Source: Candidatus Eiseniibacteriota bacterium
GTDB lineage: Bacteria; Eisenbacteria; RBG-16-71-46; CAIMUX01; VGJL01
Direction of reading: 5' to 3'
Assembly (NCBI GenBank): GCA_963792585.1
Contig: CAWBWI010000003.1
Coordinates: 640,001 to 704,000, forward strand
DNA length: 64,000 nucleotides
Shown here: piece after piece, positions 22,195 to 32,286 of the stretch
Numbering within the stretch: the first letter of the stretch is position 1
Layout of the letters: each line of letters opens with the position of its first letter
The notes under the pieces: generated by a model
The model's input: the letters and a program-made list of their open reading frames with translations, nothing else
Databases searched by the model: none
What the model was told of the DNA's origin: nothing
Position numbers and translations under genes: made by a program

Positions 22195-23094
22195 TCACTC
22201 TGCCATGAGCGCAGCTCGGCGGAGATTGAGGAACTCTCTGACGCTCGTGGGTTCATGACCCGTCAGATCGGCGACGCTCCCAGACGCCGGTGCGAACAGG
22301 CCCTGAGCCATCCCGACGTCGAAGGACACCCACAGATCCGCCACGGGCCTCGGCATTCCCCCTTCGACCGCGCGCGTCCGCAGCGCCTCAGGGTCCACGG
22401 CGACGTACGACACAGGCCTACCCGTCAGTTGGCTGGTAAGCTTGGCGAGATCTGCGTAGGTGACGACCTCTGGACCTGTCACGTCCAACTTCCTCTGCCC
22501 AGCGAAATCGGACTCAAGCGCGGCAGCCGCCGCCTGGGCGCAGTCCTCCCGCGTGACGTATGCCGCGCCGCCCGTTCCCGCAGCCGCGACCAGGTGTCCG
22601 GACGCGACCGCCCGCGGCAGGCTCATGAGCAGCAGGTCGGTGTAGAGATTGTTGCGCAGCACGGTGAATCCAAGGCCGCTCGCCTCGAGCGCAGCCTCGG
22701 TTTGGTGGTGATCAGTCGCGATGAGCACCGGTGAGCCGGGCTCAGGGTGAGTGAGAGACGTGTAGACGATGTGCCGCAGGCCAGCGCGCACCGCGGCGTT
22801 GATCGCCCTTTGATGTTGTTCGAAGCGCCGACCCGGTCGATCAAGGGCATCCGTGCTGACAAGCAACATCCGCTCGGCACCGGCGAAGGCCTCGGTGATT
22901 GCATCCGGGTCATCGTCGAAGTCGACCGGGCGGATCTCAACGCCATCCGCGGCAAAGTGCTCGAGCTTCTCCGGATGCCGTGTCGTCGTGATGACTTGGC
23001 CGGCCCGCGCCTCGAGAAGCAACTCGACGACGCGTTGGGCGAGGTGCCCCGAAGCCCCGGTAACCAGCAGCCTGGGACTCGTACTTGCACTCAT
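22195..23094 (-). CDS. NmrA/SDR NAD(P)H-binding oxidoreductase (QorB/YtfG-like quinone reductase)
   Basis: VTGASGHLA, HIVYTS, DHHQTE, LRNNLY, AYVTREDCA; AGGAGG RBS. Confidence 0.9.
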   Translation of the reverse strand: MSASTSPRLLVTGASGHLAQRVVELLLEARAGQVITTTRHPEKLEHFAADGVEIRPVDFDDDPDAITEAFAGAERMLLVSTDALDRPGRRFEQHQRAINAAVRAGLRHIVYTSLTHPEPGSPVLIATDHHQTEAALEASGLGFTVLRNNLYTDLLLMSLPRAVASGHLVAAAGTGGAAYVTREDCAQAAAAALESDFAGQRKLDVTGPEVVTYADLAKLTSQLTGRPVSYVAVDPEALRTRAVEGGMPRPVADLWVSFDVGMAQGLFAPASGSVADLTGHEPTSVREFLNLRRAALMAE

Positions 23095-23164
23095 GGGTTC
23101 AAGCCTCCTTCTTGTGGTTGTCAATGCTGAGCGGTTCGGTCCCGAACGCGACCACGGGCATTGG

Positions 23165-23545
23165 CTATTTAGGCAACGCTATGGTAACGAGGGTCAGCAA
23201 GACGGCGAACAGGAATGCCTTGAGAATGGCTCGACGTGCCTGCCGCCGCACCTGCGCCGCCACCGCTTCGTCTTCGATTTTCTCCACTTTGTGGCCCAAT
23301 TTACGCGCGCCGCGCGCAGCCAGCGCTACTCAAGTCTTGTCACGCCATTGAAAGAAGCCAATGGCCGCGCCCCAGAATAGGAACAAGAGTGGCAGCCGCC
23401 ACAGGCGATGCGTGCCCGTTGCCATAAGCGCGGCAAGCATGGCAAAGGCGATAACACACTGGATCATGCCGAAAAGTAGCCTCCTACGCCGCTCAGGCGG
23501 GCTGATATTAGCGATGCACACAGTCAACTCGCCAATCATAGCCAT
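23165..23545 (-). CDS. Putative membrane selenoprotein, 126 aa, Sec at UGA 23330-23332
   Basis: The frame continues through TGA as KT-U-VALAARG...AQVRRQARR plus a TM helix, to TAG at 23165. A hairpin follows the UGA immediately. Confidence 0.7.
23291..23329 (-). promoter_or_regulatory. Candidate bacterial SECIS element
   Basis: UGCGCGC-GGC-GCGCGUA stem (23318-23302). The G-starting apical loop lies 18 nt after the UGA; a lower UGGC/GCCA pairing is possible. Confidence 0.6.
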
Positions 23546-23549
23546 GGGT

Positions 23550-23960
23550 TTAGACCTTCCTCCTGCGGTTGTCGATGCTGAACGGTCCAGCCCCGAACGC
23601 GATCACGAGCAGCAGGCCGCCCAAGATCGCCAGGTTCTTCATGAACATGATCATGTTCATCTGCTGCTCCGTTCCTTCCAACGCCCAGAAGTTGTGGAAG
23701 ATGAGCGTAGCGGGGATCAGGAACACAATGAGCGCTGCGGCGCCGATCCTCGCCTTGAGGCCCATCAGAACCGACAGCCCGCCCCCGATTTCAAGGAGAA
23801 CGGCGGCAACGAGGAGAAGGGGGACGAGCGGCATTCCCTTGGACGCCATGTATCCGGCCGTCTTGTGCCATCCGCCGATCTTGCCGAAGCCACTGGCAAG
23901 AAAGATGAGTGCCAGTAGCATGCGACCAAGTGGCGGGGTGATGCGTTCAATCTTCGCCAT
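23550..23960 (-). CDS. DoxX family membrane protein
   Basis: LGRMLLALIFLASGFGKI, IFHNFW, FMKNLAILGGLL..GAGPFSID. Confidence 0.93.
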   Translation of the reverse strand: MAKIERITPPLGRMLLALIFLASGFGKIGGWHKTAGYMASKGMPLVPLLLVAAVLLEIGGGLSVLMGLKARIGAAALIVFLIPATLIFHNFWALEGTEQQMNMIMFMKNLAILGGLLLVIAFGAGPFSIDNRRRKV

Positions 23961-24002
23961 GTCACTACCTCCTCTACAAGTTCTGGGCAGGCTCGCCAGC
24001 TG

Positions 24003-24050
24003 TTGCGATATAACGATATACGTCCATACATCGAAATATATGATAACAAC
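24003..24050. promoter_or_regulatory. AT-rich imperfect palindromes upstream of doxX (candidate ArsR operator/promoter)
   Basis: cgatataacgatat and catcgaaatatatgat; related cgatat/catcga motifs also occur upstream of arsR (24430-24450). Confidence 0.4.
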
Positions 24051-24074
24051 GAGCCCTGCGGAGTTGTCGTGGGC

Positions 24075-24392
24075 TCACTTCTTCCGTTCGCGTCTACTCG
24101 CCGAGCGATTCGATCCCGAATGCACCAGTTTCTGGCGCAGGATTTCGATATAGGCGTCCAGGACATTCGTCCTCGCCAAGAAATATCCGTGCTGACCCTC
24201 GCGCCGCACATCGACGAGACCTGCATCCGCGAGAACCTTGAGGTGATGAGAAACGGTGGACTGTCCGATCGGAAAGCGCTCCGCGATTGCTCCGCACGAC
24301 ATCTCCCTCACCTCGGCGATCACCCGGAGGATTTCGATGCGCCTAGGATCGGCGAGCGCCTTCGCAATGCGCGTAAACTGCTTGTCATCCAT
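24075..24392 (-). CDS. ArsR/SmtB family transcriptional regulator
   Basis: KALADPRRIEIL, SCGAI, QSTVSHHLKVLADAGLV..RREG; GGAGG RBS. Confidence 0.93.
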   Translation of the reverse strand: MDDKQFTRIAKALADPRRIEILRVIAEVREMSCGAIAERFPIGQSTVSHHLKVLADAGLVDVRREGQHGYFLARTNVLDAYIEILRQKLVHSGSNRSASRRERKK

Positions 24393-24420
24393 CGAATTCC
24401 TCCCGGTGAAGGCGGCCTGT

Positions 24421-24464
24421 CGAACCATTCGATATATTTACACACATCGATTGACTGTGTCAAT
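24421..24464 (-). promoter_or_regulatory. Putative arsR promoter with overlapping palindrome
   Basis: TTGACA (24463-24458), 17 nt, TAAATA (weak -10); attgac-tgt-gtcaat palindrome at 24450-24464. Confidence 0.4.
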
Positions 24465-24603
24465 CCTCGCAGTGAGCCAAAACTCAGCCCGCCCGAACTG
24501 GCGGAAACACAAGCGGTTATGAGCAGCCCCTCCGGCAGATCTTGGCTGAGTTCCTTCCTGGGTAGAGTATCCGATCCCTTCTGAACACTCTGTCCACGTT
24601 GGC

Positions 24604-24691
24604 TCATCTTTAGATACCGCGGTACCCCGCCAGAGTTGAACCAGAGGCGGGTTTTGAATAGGGGTTCGGAGTGAGTTGGGGGGCAAGGTCA
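24604..24691 (+). mobile_element. Eroded IS3-family 3' end
   Basis: Frameshifted SSL-YR-TPPE (compare HSSLGYxTPxE), followed by the terminal ...ttggggggcaaggtca. Confidence 0.4.
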
Positions 24692-25287
24692 TGAAGGGTC
24701 TGCGGACTCGACTTTGTCCTACGGCACGCCAAGCCGGCACCAGCCTCGTCCCCCGCGCCTCGAACGCCAGCACCACGACCTCAAGCCCCCCCCCCACAAT
24801 CCACCTGTCGGGCCTCACAACGGACCCCACTGCGTTCGCCGGCAGTGGAAGGAGCAGGAGTGGCCCGTACGCGCGTGGCGACCCGGATGGCAACCGGCAC
24901 ACCTTCAGCTCGGCACAACCATATCGCGCCGTCAGGGCCACGGAGCCGCGACTACGGCGCGCTGGTGAACACCTCGATTCCAGCCGTCTCCACCAACGGA
25001 GGCCATCGATGGGACAAGCATCTCAAGGATGACAGGGTTTGACGCCCCCCCCCCCCGTGCCTTGGGCTACTCCCTTGCCGCACCCTGGCTCGGGTGGATC
25101 ATCGGCTCTAGCTTCGTGCGACGGCCATGAGTGCGTACCCCAGGCGATGGGGGAGCAAAATCGGTGGAATCGAAGAAGGCAGTCGAGCCGAACCATCGCT
25201 AAGCCAAGAAGATGGGCACCGCGCATTGTGTGTCCCTCGTCGTGTGGGTCTCAGCCTGATCGTCCAGCGTTGGGAACCGCTCGCCCG

Positions 25288-25557
25288 TCAGTATCCGCCT
25301 TCGGAGCCGTCTGGCTCCAGGAGGTCCAGCCTCACGCGTTGCGTGGTCTTCGCCGCGCAGGCGATCACGAGATGCCGGATCGCATCGACGATGCGTCCAT
25401 GCTTCCCGAGCACCATGCCGATCTCTCCGGGGGCGACTCGGATCGTCAGATGAACGACTCCGTCATCGGTGGACTGGACTGCGACGTCAACGGCCTCCGG
25501 CTGGTCGACGACCATCTGAACCAACCGGGATGCGAATTCTCTGAGTTCGGTATGCAC
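25288..25557 (-). CDS. KhpA-like KH-domain RNA-binding protein (copy A)
   Basis: LTIRVAPGEIGMVLGKHGRIVDAIR; GTG start with an AGGAGG RBS. Confidence 0.88.
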   Translation of the reverse strand: MHTELREFASRLVQMVVDQPEAVDVAVQSTDDGVVHLTIRVAPGEIGMVLGKHGRIVDAIRHLVIACAAKTTQRVRLDLLEPDGSEGGY

Positions 25558-25911
25558 GAATCGCGACCTCCTGCAACGTCAATGAAGTAAGTGGGTCATG
25601 GAAGAACGAGGATGACCGCGAAGAACATGGCTTCCACAGGTTACCCTCACCCGGTCCGGCTCGCGCTGCCCAAGCGCGTCTCTGTGGGCTACAGCAACTG
25701 GGTGTGCTCCGCAAGAGCCTCCGAAGCCCACCAGGCTCTTGATAGGAACACGCCGAACAGCTGGGGGCGGATCCCCTGGTCCCTCGGGCCTCCTCTTTCA
25801 GCGACAATCCCATTCGGCCGATTGGGGAGACTGTTCGCCAGCTCCCTTCGAGTATCGGTGCTGCTCCAGCCGACGTGCGAAGCAAGGGTCGGGCCGACGA
25901 CAGGGACAGGC

Positions 25912-27801
25912 TCACCTAGCCGCCATCGGCTGGTAGAAGCGTCCAAGCCCTTCGATGGCGGTCCGGACCAAGTCAGCCCGTGGCTCGGGTGCGTTCAGTT
26001 TGATATCCTCCAGCGGGTAACCCCGCGTGTAGAGCGGAAGCACCACATAAGCGTCGTTGTCTATGACGAAGGCATGGTTGAAATTGCTCGCGATCACCAA
26101 CGCCCGATCCCCCGTCAGATCCTGAAATAGATTTCGTCCGTTGCTGTAGGTCGATGGGTCACTCTGGACGCCGAAAACCTCCTGGATGAGAGTCGTTGGA
26201 ATGTCGACGTGAGTTGTGGGAGCGTCGACGACTCGCGGAGCCAGGCCGGGATAGTAGAGCACGAGAGGAACCCGGATCTGGTACTGGGTGAAGTTGCTGG
26301 TGTGTCCCCAGTAGCCGGCCTCGTCGTCGTCGAATTCCTCGCCGTGATCCGTTGTGATCACGATCGCCGTTTCCTCCATCATCCCCAGGGACTCGAGTTC
26401 GCCGAGCAATTCCCCGATCAAGGCGTCGTCAAATCGGACGGCGTTATGGTAGTCGTTCAAGTAGCATGCTCGCTCTCCGCGGCGAACCGTCATCGCCGGG
26501 TTGATTTCCTTGGCCGGGGTGAATACCCGAAAGGAGTCCGGATAGGCGTAGGGATAGTGGCTCGCCTTGTAGAAGGCGAAGAGCATGAACGGGTGGTCTT
26601 GACCCTTCTGTGCGCGAAGGAAGGAGATCATCTGATTGGTCATGTCCAGTTCCTTCTCGATCCGACTGGAGCCGGAGAATGTTTCGTGGATTGTGATGTC
26701 CCGAAACATCGTATCTGTGATCTTATGCCTTTCAAAGTGCGAGTCGGCGTAAATCCCGAATGAGTAATGCGCCTCCTCCATTAAGTCAATCAGCAGAGGA
26801 TTGTGCAGGAGCGCGTTGTTCGACTTCACGGCCATCCAATAGGTCGGGTGCAAGCCGTACAACAAACCGAAGATCCCGGGGGTGGTGGCGTTTCCGGAAC
26901 TGAAGTGTTTCCGGAAGTTCGATGACCTGCGGGAGAACGCATAGATGTGGGGCGTGATCGAGTCGCTCATTGCGTCATAGCGCCAGCTCTCCAGGACGAG
27001 GAAGACCACGTTGAGCGGGCGAGTCCCGTCCGAGAGTGTCGCCTCGCAATCCTGCAGGGGGTACCGCAGCGATGTGGACGGACCGTCGCCGTGGGCGTTC
27101 TCCTCTGGCCCCGGTTCAATCGGGAGCAGGTTGCCATACTTGACCGCATTCCCGTGAGAGGTAACCGGTACGTAGAACGGGAAGTGCGGAGTGAGGCTCG
27201 TGATCCGGCCGATGTCTCGCTCGAAGGCAACAATGTGGACGAGCTGGCTCGAGACGAATGCGATCAGCGAGACCGACGCCAGAGCGAGTAGGATCCAGCG
27301 ACGCGGCCGGAGGCGGCGGGCCACGCGGAAGAAGCCAAGTTCAAGGGCGCTCAGGCCGACGAGGACGAGCCCGGCGTAAGCCAGGGCGGATGGGGGCAGC
27401 CCGATCCCCGCGAGGTCATGCCAGACGTAGTTCATCCAGAACGGATCAATGTGAAAACGGCAGACGGCATAGACGCGATGGTCTAAGAACAGGTAGTAGT
27501 TGAAGAGGGTCAGGACCAGACCGCTCAACAGGAGCGAGACGCGAGGCGCGAAGAGCAAGGCGAAGGACAGGACGGTGACGACAGCGAGGAGTATGAGGAC
27601 GTAGTAGCCGAGGACGATCCCCGCTACGTAGAGGAACACCAGTGGGTCCAGCTCCGTCCCTCGGAGGTTCAGAGTGAGCGGCAGGGCAATCAACGGGATG
27701 TTCAGCAGCAGGACGGTGACGACGCGAAAGTAAGGCTCTAGGCGACGGCTCAGGGCGCGACCACAGGCCGAGGCAAGGGGCGAGAACGCAGGTGCGAGCA
27801 T
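25912..27801 (-). CDS. YejM/PbgA-like membrane-anchored sulfatase-fold protein
   Basis: About 5 N-terminal TM helices; LESWRYD, HFSSGNAT, TTDHGEEF, YWGH.SNF..YQI.VPL. Confidence 0.85.
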   Translation of the reverse strand: MLAPAFSPLASACGRALSRRLEPYFRVVTVLLLNIPLIALPLTLNLRGTELDPLVFLYVAGIVLGYYVLILLAVVTVLSFALLFAPRVSLLLSGLVLTLFNYYLFLDHRVYAVCRFHIDPFWMNYVWHDLAGIGLPPSALAYAGLVLVGLSALELGFFRVARRLRPRRWILLALASVSLIAFVSSQLVHIVAFERDIGRITSLTPHFPFYVPVTSHGNAVKYGNLLPIEPGPEENAHGDGPSTSLRYPLQDCEATLSDGTRPLNVVFLVLESWRYDAMSDSITPHIYAFSRRSSNFRKHFSSGNATTPGIFGLLYGLHPTYWMAVKSNNALLHNPLLIDLMEEAHYSFGIYADSHFERHKITDTMFRDITIHETFSGSSRIEKELDMTNQMISFLRAQKGQDHPFMLFAFYKASHYPYAYPDSFRVFTPAKEINPAMTVRRGERACYLNDYHNAVRFDDALIGELLGELESLGMMEETAIVITTDHGEEFDDDEAGYWGHTSNFTQYQIRVPLVLYYPGLAPRVVDAPTTHVDIPTTLIQEVFGVQSDPSTYSNGRNLFQDLTGDRALVIASNFNHAFVIDNDAYVVLPLYTRGYPLEDIKLNAPEPRADLVRTAIEGLGRFYQPMAAR

Positions 27802-27837
27802 TGGCCGTCCTCCCTTTAGGGAACGCGCCCAGGGGTC

Positions 27838-30800
27838 CTACTCAGTGCCAATCGCCCGCAGGTAAGCAGAGCGCTTCAGCCAAAAGTCGGATCTGGCGTC
27901 GATACGCTGCTCCAGTGCTTGATGGTGCAGAACTTGGGCTTCCAGGAGATCGGATAGGGTGACCAGTCCATTCTCGTGGCGGTCGCTTTCCTCGTTGAGA
28001 TTCACCTCGGCCTGCGCGACCGCCGCGTCCGCCACCTGCACTGCGATCCATGAGGCGCGCAGGTCATCCCAGCTCTTGTCGATCTCGAGGCCGATCAGAT
28101 CCCTGGTGTCGGCCAGGCTTATTTCCGCGGCCCGGACCTTCTGACGCTGGGCCATGGCTTCGTGGGCTCCTTTCCATGTCCCGGTGATCGGCACGCTGAC
28201 CATTCCAAACACGAGCGCCTCGCTTTCATCGCCGAGCCCCGAGATGTCGTAGCGAAACCATTGAGCACCGACGGAGACGGTGGGCAGCATCTCGCCGATC
28301 TTCAGAGACGTCTGGAGTCGCTCGGCCTGGACGGCCCTGTTCAGGAGGTGGATCTCCGGCCGCCGATCCTCGCCTCCGAGCCGGTCACCTGCGAGAAGCG
28401 ATGGATCCACCGGTGGAGGAGGAGTGCTGTCAGCCAGCGCGATCGTGTCCGCTTCTGGCAGTCCGATATGACGGCGGAGGTCGCGCGCGGAAAGGCGCAA
28501 GCCACTCTCCAGGCGAAGACGGTCGACCTCGGTCTGACGTCGCCGCAGCGAGACCTTGAGCAGGTCGTTCGAGGTGACCAAGCCGGCCGCCACCGCATCC
28601 GTTGCCTCGACTTCCAGGTTCGCGAGGAGGCATTCGTAGGCACGGAGCGTCCGCTCCTTCTCGGCAAGGCCGACCAGGCGCCAGTACTTCTCCTCGGTTT
28701 GGGCCAAGGCGTCACGCCGGGAAAGGGCCGTCTTGTCCCGCGCCACCGCGACTCCCAGGGTGGCGAGCCGGTTTCCGTTGACAATGCGCCCGCCGGCGAA
28801 GACCGGCTGCAGGGCGGTAACCGCAACCGCGTTCGAACGCTTGGCCAGGGCCATGGCTCCTCCGGGCACAGATACGGTGAGCCCGGTAGGATCACCGGTG
28901 TCCGGATCGATCACGGGCAGGCTCTGCCCCGGCGTGCCGATCTCCGCAAGCGGGGATTGGGCCGAGATGGCGATACCCAAGGCAGAAACTTGAGGGAAGT
29001 ACGTGGTCAGGGCGGCCAACCGGGTCTGCTGCGCTGATCGTAGATCGAGTTCGGCCTCCTGGATCTGGGCACTGTTGCGCAAGGTCAGATCCTTGCATTG
29101 GGCGAGCGTGATCGGGATCTCGCCGGCTCGGACAGGCGCTGCCGGGTAGAAGAGCATGAGCGCGAGAGCGAGCCCAACGGATGGCGGCGCGATGGATTTG
29201 CCCGGGTGTTCGCTCCGCACCACTAGCCAGTAGGCCACCGGGAGCACGAAGAGCGTTAGGGCCATCGAGAACAGAAGCCCGAAACAGGTCACGGCGCCGA
29301 GGGGTCCCCAGAGCGTCGACCCGCTCAGGATCATGGGGATGACGCCCACGGACGCGGCCGCGGAGGTGAGGAAGATGGGTCGCAGTCTACGTTGACCCGC
29401 GGCGAGGGCGGCGTCCCTCGGGGCCACCTTGTGGCCGTGGCGCAACTGCTCCGCATGGCCGACGAGGAGAATGCCGTTGCGGACCACGAGACCCATCAGG
29501 CCGATGATGCCCACGAAGGCGGTGATGCCGAACGGGTGCTGCGTGACGGTCAGCCCCAACATGCTCCCGAGGAGACCCAGAGGCATCGTCAGCATCACGA
29601 GCAGCGCCCGGCGGTGACGTTTGAACTGGAACAGGAGAATGAGGTAGATGACGGCGACACTCACGGCGAGCGAGTAGGACAGACTGCGAAACTGCTCGGC
29701 GCCGCGCTCCCTCTCCCCACCGTACTCGATTCGCACGCCCGGCGTGGGGCCGAGCTTGTCGACGAACGTACCGAGGTGACGCTGCACGTCGGAAGCAAAC
29801 TCGCCCGCGGCCACATCCACGCGGACCGTGAGCGTGCGGACGCCATTGCGCCGCACGATCGCTCCCTCATTCCACGCGGGCCGGATCTCCGCGAGCTGCT
29901 CGAGAGGCACGGTCGCCGCCACAAAGGGCGAGGAGATGTACTGCTGACGGAAGTCCTCGAGGCTCGAGGACTGGCGCGGATCATCACCGAGCAGAACACG
30001 CACCGGATAGTCCCCCTCCCAGATGGTGGCCACCGGCAACCCCTGGCCGCTTCCGGCGGCCAGTGCCGCCTGCAAGTACGCGGGAGACACCCCGAGACGC
30101 GCGCAGGCATCGGGGTCCGGGACGACCGAGATTCCCTGGAGCGACTCCTCGTAGTCATTCCGCACCCAAGTGGCGCTCGGGATCTCCCGCGCCCCGGCCT
30201 CGATGCGTTGGGCCACCTCCTTCAGCGTCTGGATGTCGTCGCCGGAGAGCCGGACTTCGACTTGCGCCGGCGCGAGCTCGAAGGCGAGCTGCTTCCAGCG
30301 GACCCAACCTTCGGGGAAGGCGTCTCTCAGGCGTGTTTCGCTGTCCTGTAGGACGGCGATGGTCGCGTTCTCGTCGACCGTGTTGACCAGTAGTTGCGCG
30401 TAATTGCGTGCCGGCATGTTCGGTGCGTAGAGGGTGTGGAAGCGCGGCGAGCTGGAGCCAACGAAGGAGGTGACGTTCACGACGCGGCGGTCCGCCAGCA
30501 GTTCCCGCTCCAGCCGGCGAACCACTTCGTCGGTCTCCTTGAGCGGCCGGCCGTTCGGCAGATAGACCTCGACCGCGAACTGGTTGCGATCGACCTTTGG
30601 AAAAAGCTGCTGCGGCACGGCTTGCCCGAGCAAGATGGCAGCGATCACCGAGACGACCCCAATGCCGATCGTAAGACGGGGGTATCGAAACGCGCTGGCG
30701 AGGCCCCGGTCGTAGATACCCTGCACGCGGTCCAGAAAGCTCTTTCGCCCGTCGCGCCGATTCTCAATCAGGCCTCGGCGGATCCAGCAAACGTTGAGGA

Positions 30801-32286
30801 GGGGGAGGAGGCCCGTGGCAACCAGTAGGCTCGTGGCCAGGGCCACCGCAACGGTGACCGGCAGGCTCCCGATGAAGTCCCTCCCGATCCCTCTCATGAA
30901 TATGGCCATTGGCGCGTAGCACACGATGATGGCAAGGGTGGCGGTGAATACCGGGACCGCCATCTCGCGGGAGCTCTTCCAAGCCGCCGTCCATGGGTCC
31001 ATGCCGGAATCGAGCTTGTGCACGTGGTCGTCGACGACCACGATCGCGTTGTCCACGATCATGCCGAGGACCACGATGAGCCCGGCTAGTGACACCGTCT
31101 GCAACTGGACGCCCAGGGCGTTGAGAATCCCCAATGTGATGAAGATGCAGATGGGGATCGTCAGGGCCGCCACGCCTGCCACGCGCAAGGGGAGGAGCAG
31201 CATGGTCACCGCGATGACCGCGACGATGGCCAGTCCGAAGTCTCGCAGGAAGTGACCGACCGCGACCTTGACGACGTGCGGCTGGTCGGCGACCCGAGTG
31301 ATCTCCACCGTCGGCGGCAGCTCGAGCTGCGCCGCCCGGATCGCTTCGTCCACTTGCCGTCCGAAGTGGGTGATGTCGTTGCCCTTTTGCATCTCGATCG
31401 AGAGCACCAGCGCCGTCTTGCCATTGAAGCGGACGAAGGAGTCGCTGTGGCCATATTCCCGGGCGATCGTGGCGACGTCCTTGAGCCGCACATGTGGCCC
31501 GGTCGGGTTGGAAAGCAGGATGGTCTCGCCTAGCTCACTTTCGGAGAGCAGCACTTTGCCGACATGCACGGGCATCTCGAGATCATCGCTGTCGAGGCGC
31601 GACGGGGCCGGCGCGCCGCCGAGCCCCTGGAGAGTCATCCAGACGGTGGCCGGCCGAATGCCGTATCGAGCGAGCCTTTCTCGGGAAATGGTTACCCGGA
31701 TGATCTCCTTCTGTTCACCGAACTGACGTAGCTTGGACGTGGCGTCGATGCGACGCAGGTGGTTTTCCAGCACATCGAGCTGTCGTTCGAGATCGCGCGG
31801 GCTGTGTCCCTCGGCCACGACCGTGAAGAGAAGCGCGCTGGTGTCGCCAAAGTCGTTGTTGCCGATCAGCGCGAGCACCTGGGGAGACAGCTTCTGGCTC
31901 TTCAACTCGTTGAGACCGTGGCGGAGTTTCGCCCAGAAAGCGGGAGCTTCCGGTCCCGTCACACGATCGTTCAGCTCCACGTAGACAACCACCTGGCCGT
32001 CGCGAGAGACCGAGTAGGTCTTCTTCTTGTTTACCTCCTCGAAGCTGAAGAGGTATTCCTCGACCGGTTTGGCGAGTTGCTGTTCCACTTCCGCCGAAGT
32101 CGCGCCCGGCATCACGCCGACCACCAACCCCTGTCGAATCGTGAACTCCGGGAACTCCTGGCGCGGCATCGTGAAGAAGGAGACGACGCCATAGATCACA
32201 AGCGCGCCGACCAGCGTGACGACGATCCGCCAATGGACCATTGTCTTCTCGATAACGCTGTGTTTGCCCACGCCATCACCTCGCAT
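27838..32286 (-). CDS. RND (AcrB-like) permease fused to a C-terminal TolC-family outer-membrane factor
   Basis: The first ~1025 aa are RND (LGMIVDNAIVV, VRNGILL, RLRPIFLTS). An internal signal-like segment follows, then OEP-type repeats (QPVFAGG, YW..V, G.VT.SDLLEAQ). Confidence 0.92.
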   Translation of the reverse strand: MRGDGVGKHSVIEKTMVHWRIVVTLVGALVIYGVVSFFTMPRQEFPEFTIRQGLVVGVMPGATSAEVEQQLAKPVEEYLFSFEEVNKKKTYSVSRDGQVVVYVELNDRVTGPEAPAFWAKLRHGLNELKSQKLSPQVLALIGNNDFGDTSALLFTVVAEGHSPRDLERQLDVLENHLRRIDATSKLRQFGEQKEIIRVTISRERLARYGIRPATVWMTLQGLGGAPAPSRLDSDDLEMPVHVGKVLLSESELGETILLSNPTGPHVRLKDVATIAREYGHSDSFVRFNGKTALVLSIEMQKGNDITHFGRQVDEAIRAAQLELPPTVEITRVADQPHVVKVAVGHFLRDFGLAIVAVIAVTMLLLPLRVAGVAALTIPICIFITLGILNALGVQLQTVSLAGLIVVLGMIVDNAIVVVDDHVHKLDSGMDPWTAAWKSSREMAVPVFTATLAIIVCYAPMAIFMRGIGRDFIGSLPVTVAVALATSLLVATGLLPLLNVCWIRRGLIENRRDGRKSFLDRVQGIYDRGLASAFRYPRLTIGIGVVSVIAAILLGQAVPQQLFPKVDRNQFAVEVYLPNGRPLKETDEVVRRLERELLADRRVVNVTSFVGSSSPRFHTLYAPNMPARNYAQLLVNTVDENATIAVLQDSETRLRDAFPEGWVRWKQLAFELAPAQVEVRLSGDDIQTLKEVAQRIEAGAREIPSATWVRNDYEESLQGISVVPDPDACARLGVSPAYLQAALAAGSGQGLPVATIWEGDYPVRVLLGDDPRQSSSLEDFRQQYISSPFVAATVPLEQLAEIRPAWNEGAIVRRNGVRTLTVRVDVAAGEFASDVQRHLGTFVDKLGPTPGVRIEYGGERERGAEQFRSLSYSLAVSVAVIYLILLFQFKRHRRALLVMLTMPLGLLGSMLGLTVTQHPFGITAFVGIIGLMGLVVRNGILLVGHAEQLRHGHKVAPRDAALAAGQRRLRPIFLTSAAASVGVIPMILSGSTLWGPLGAVTCFGLLFSMALTLFVLPVAYWLVVRSEHPGKSIAPPSVGLALALMLFYPAAPVRAGEIPITLAQCKDLTLRNSAQIQEAELDLRSAQQTRLAALTTYFPQVSALGIAISAQSPLAEIGTPGQSLPVIDPDTGDPTGLTVSVPGGAMALAKRSNAVAVTALQPVFAGGRIVNGNRLATLGVAVARDKTALSRRDALAQTEEKYWRLVGLAEKERTLRAYECLLANLEVEATDAVAAGLVTSNDLLKVSLRRRQTEVDRLRLESGLRLSARDLRRHIGLPEADTIALADSTPPPPVDPSLLAGDRLGGEDRRPEIHLLNRAVQAERLQTSLKIGEMLPTVSVGAQWFRYDISGLGDESEALVFGMVSVPITGTWKGAHEAMAQRQKVRAAEISLADTRDLIGLEIDKSWDDLRASWIAVQVADAAVAQAEVNLNEESDRHENGLVTLSDLLEAQVLHHQALEQRIDARSDFWLKRSAYLRAIGTE

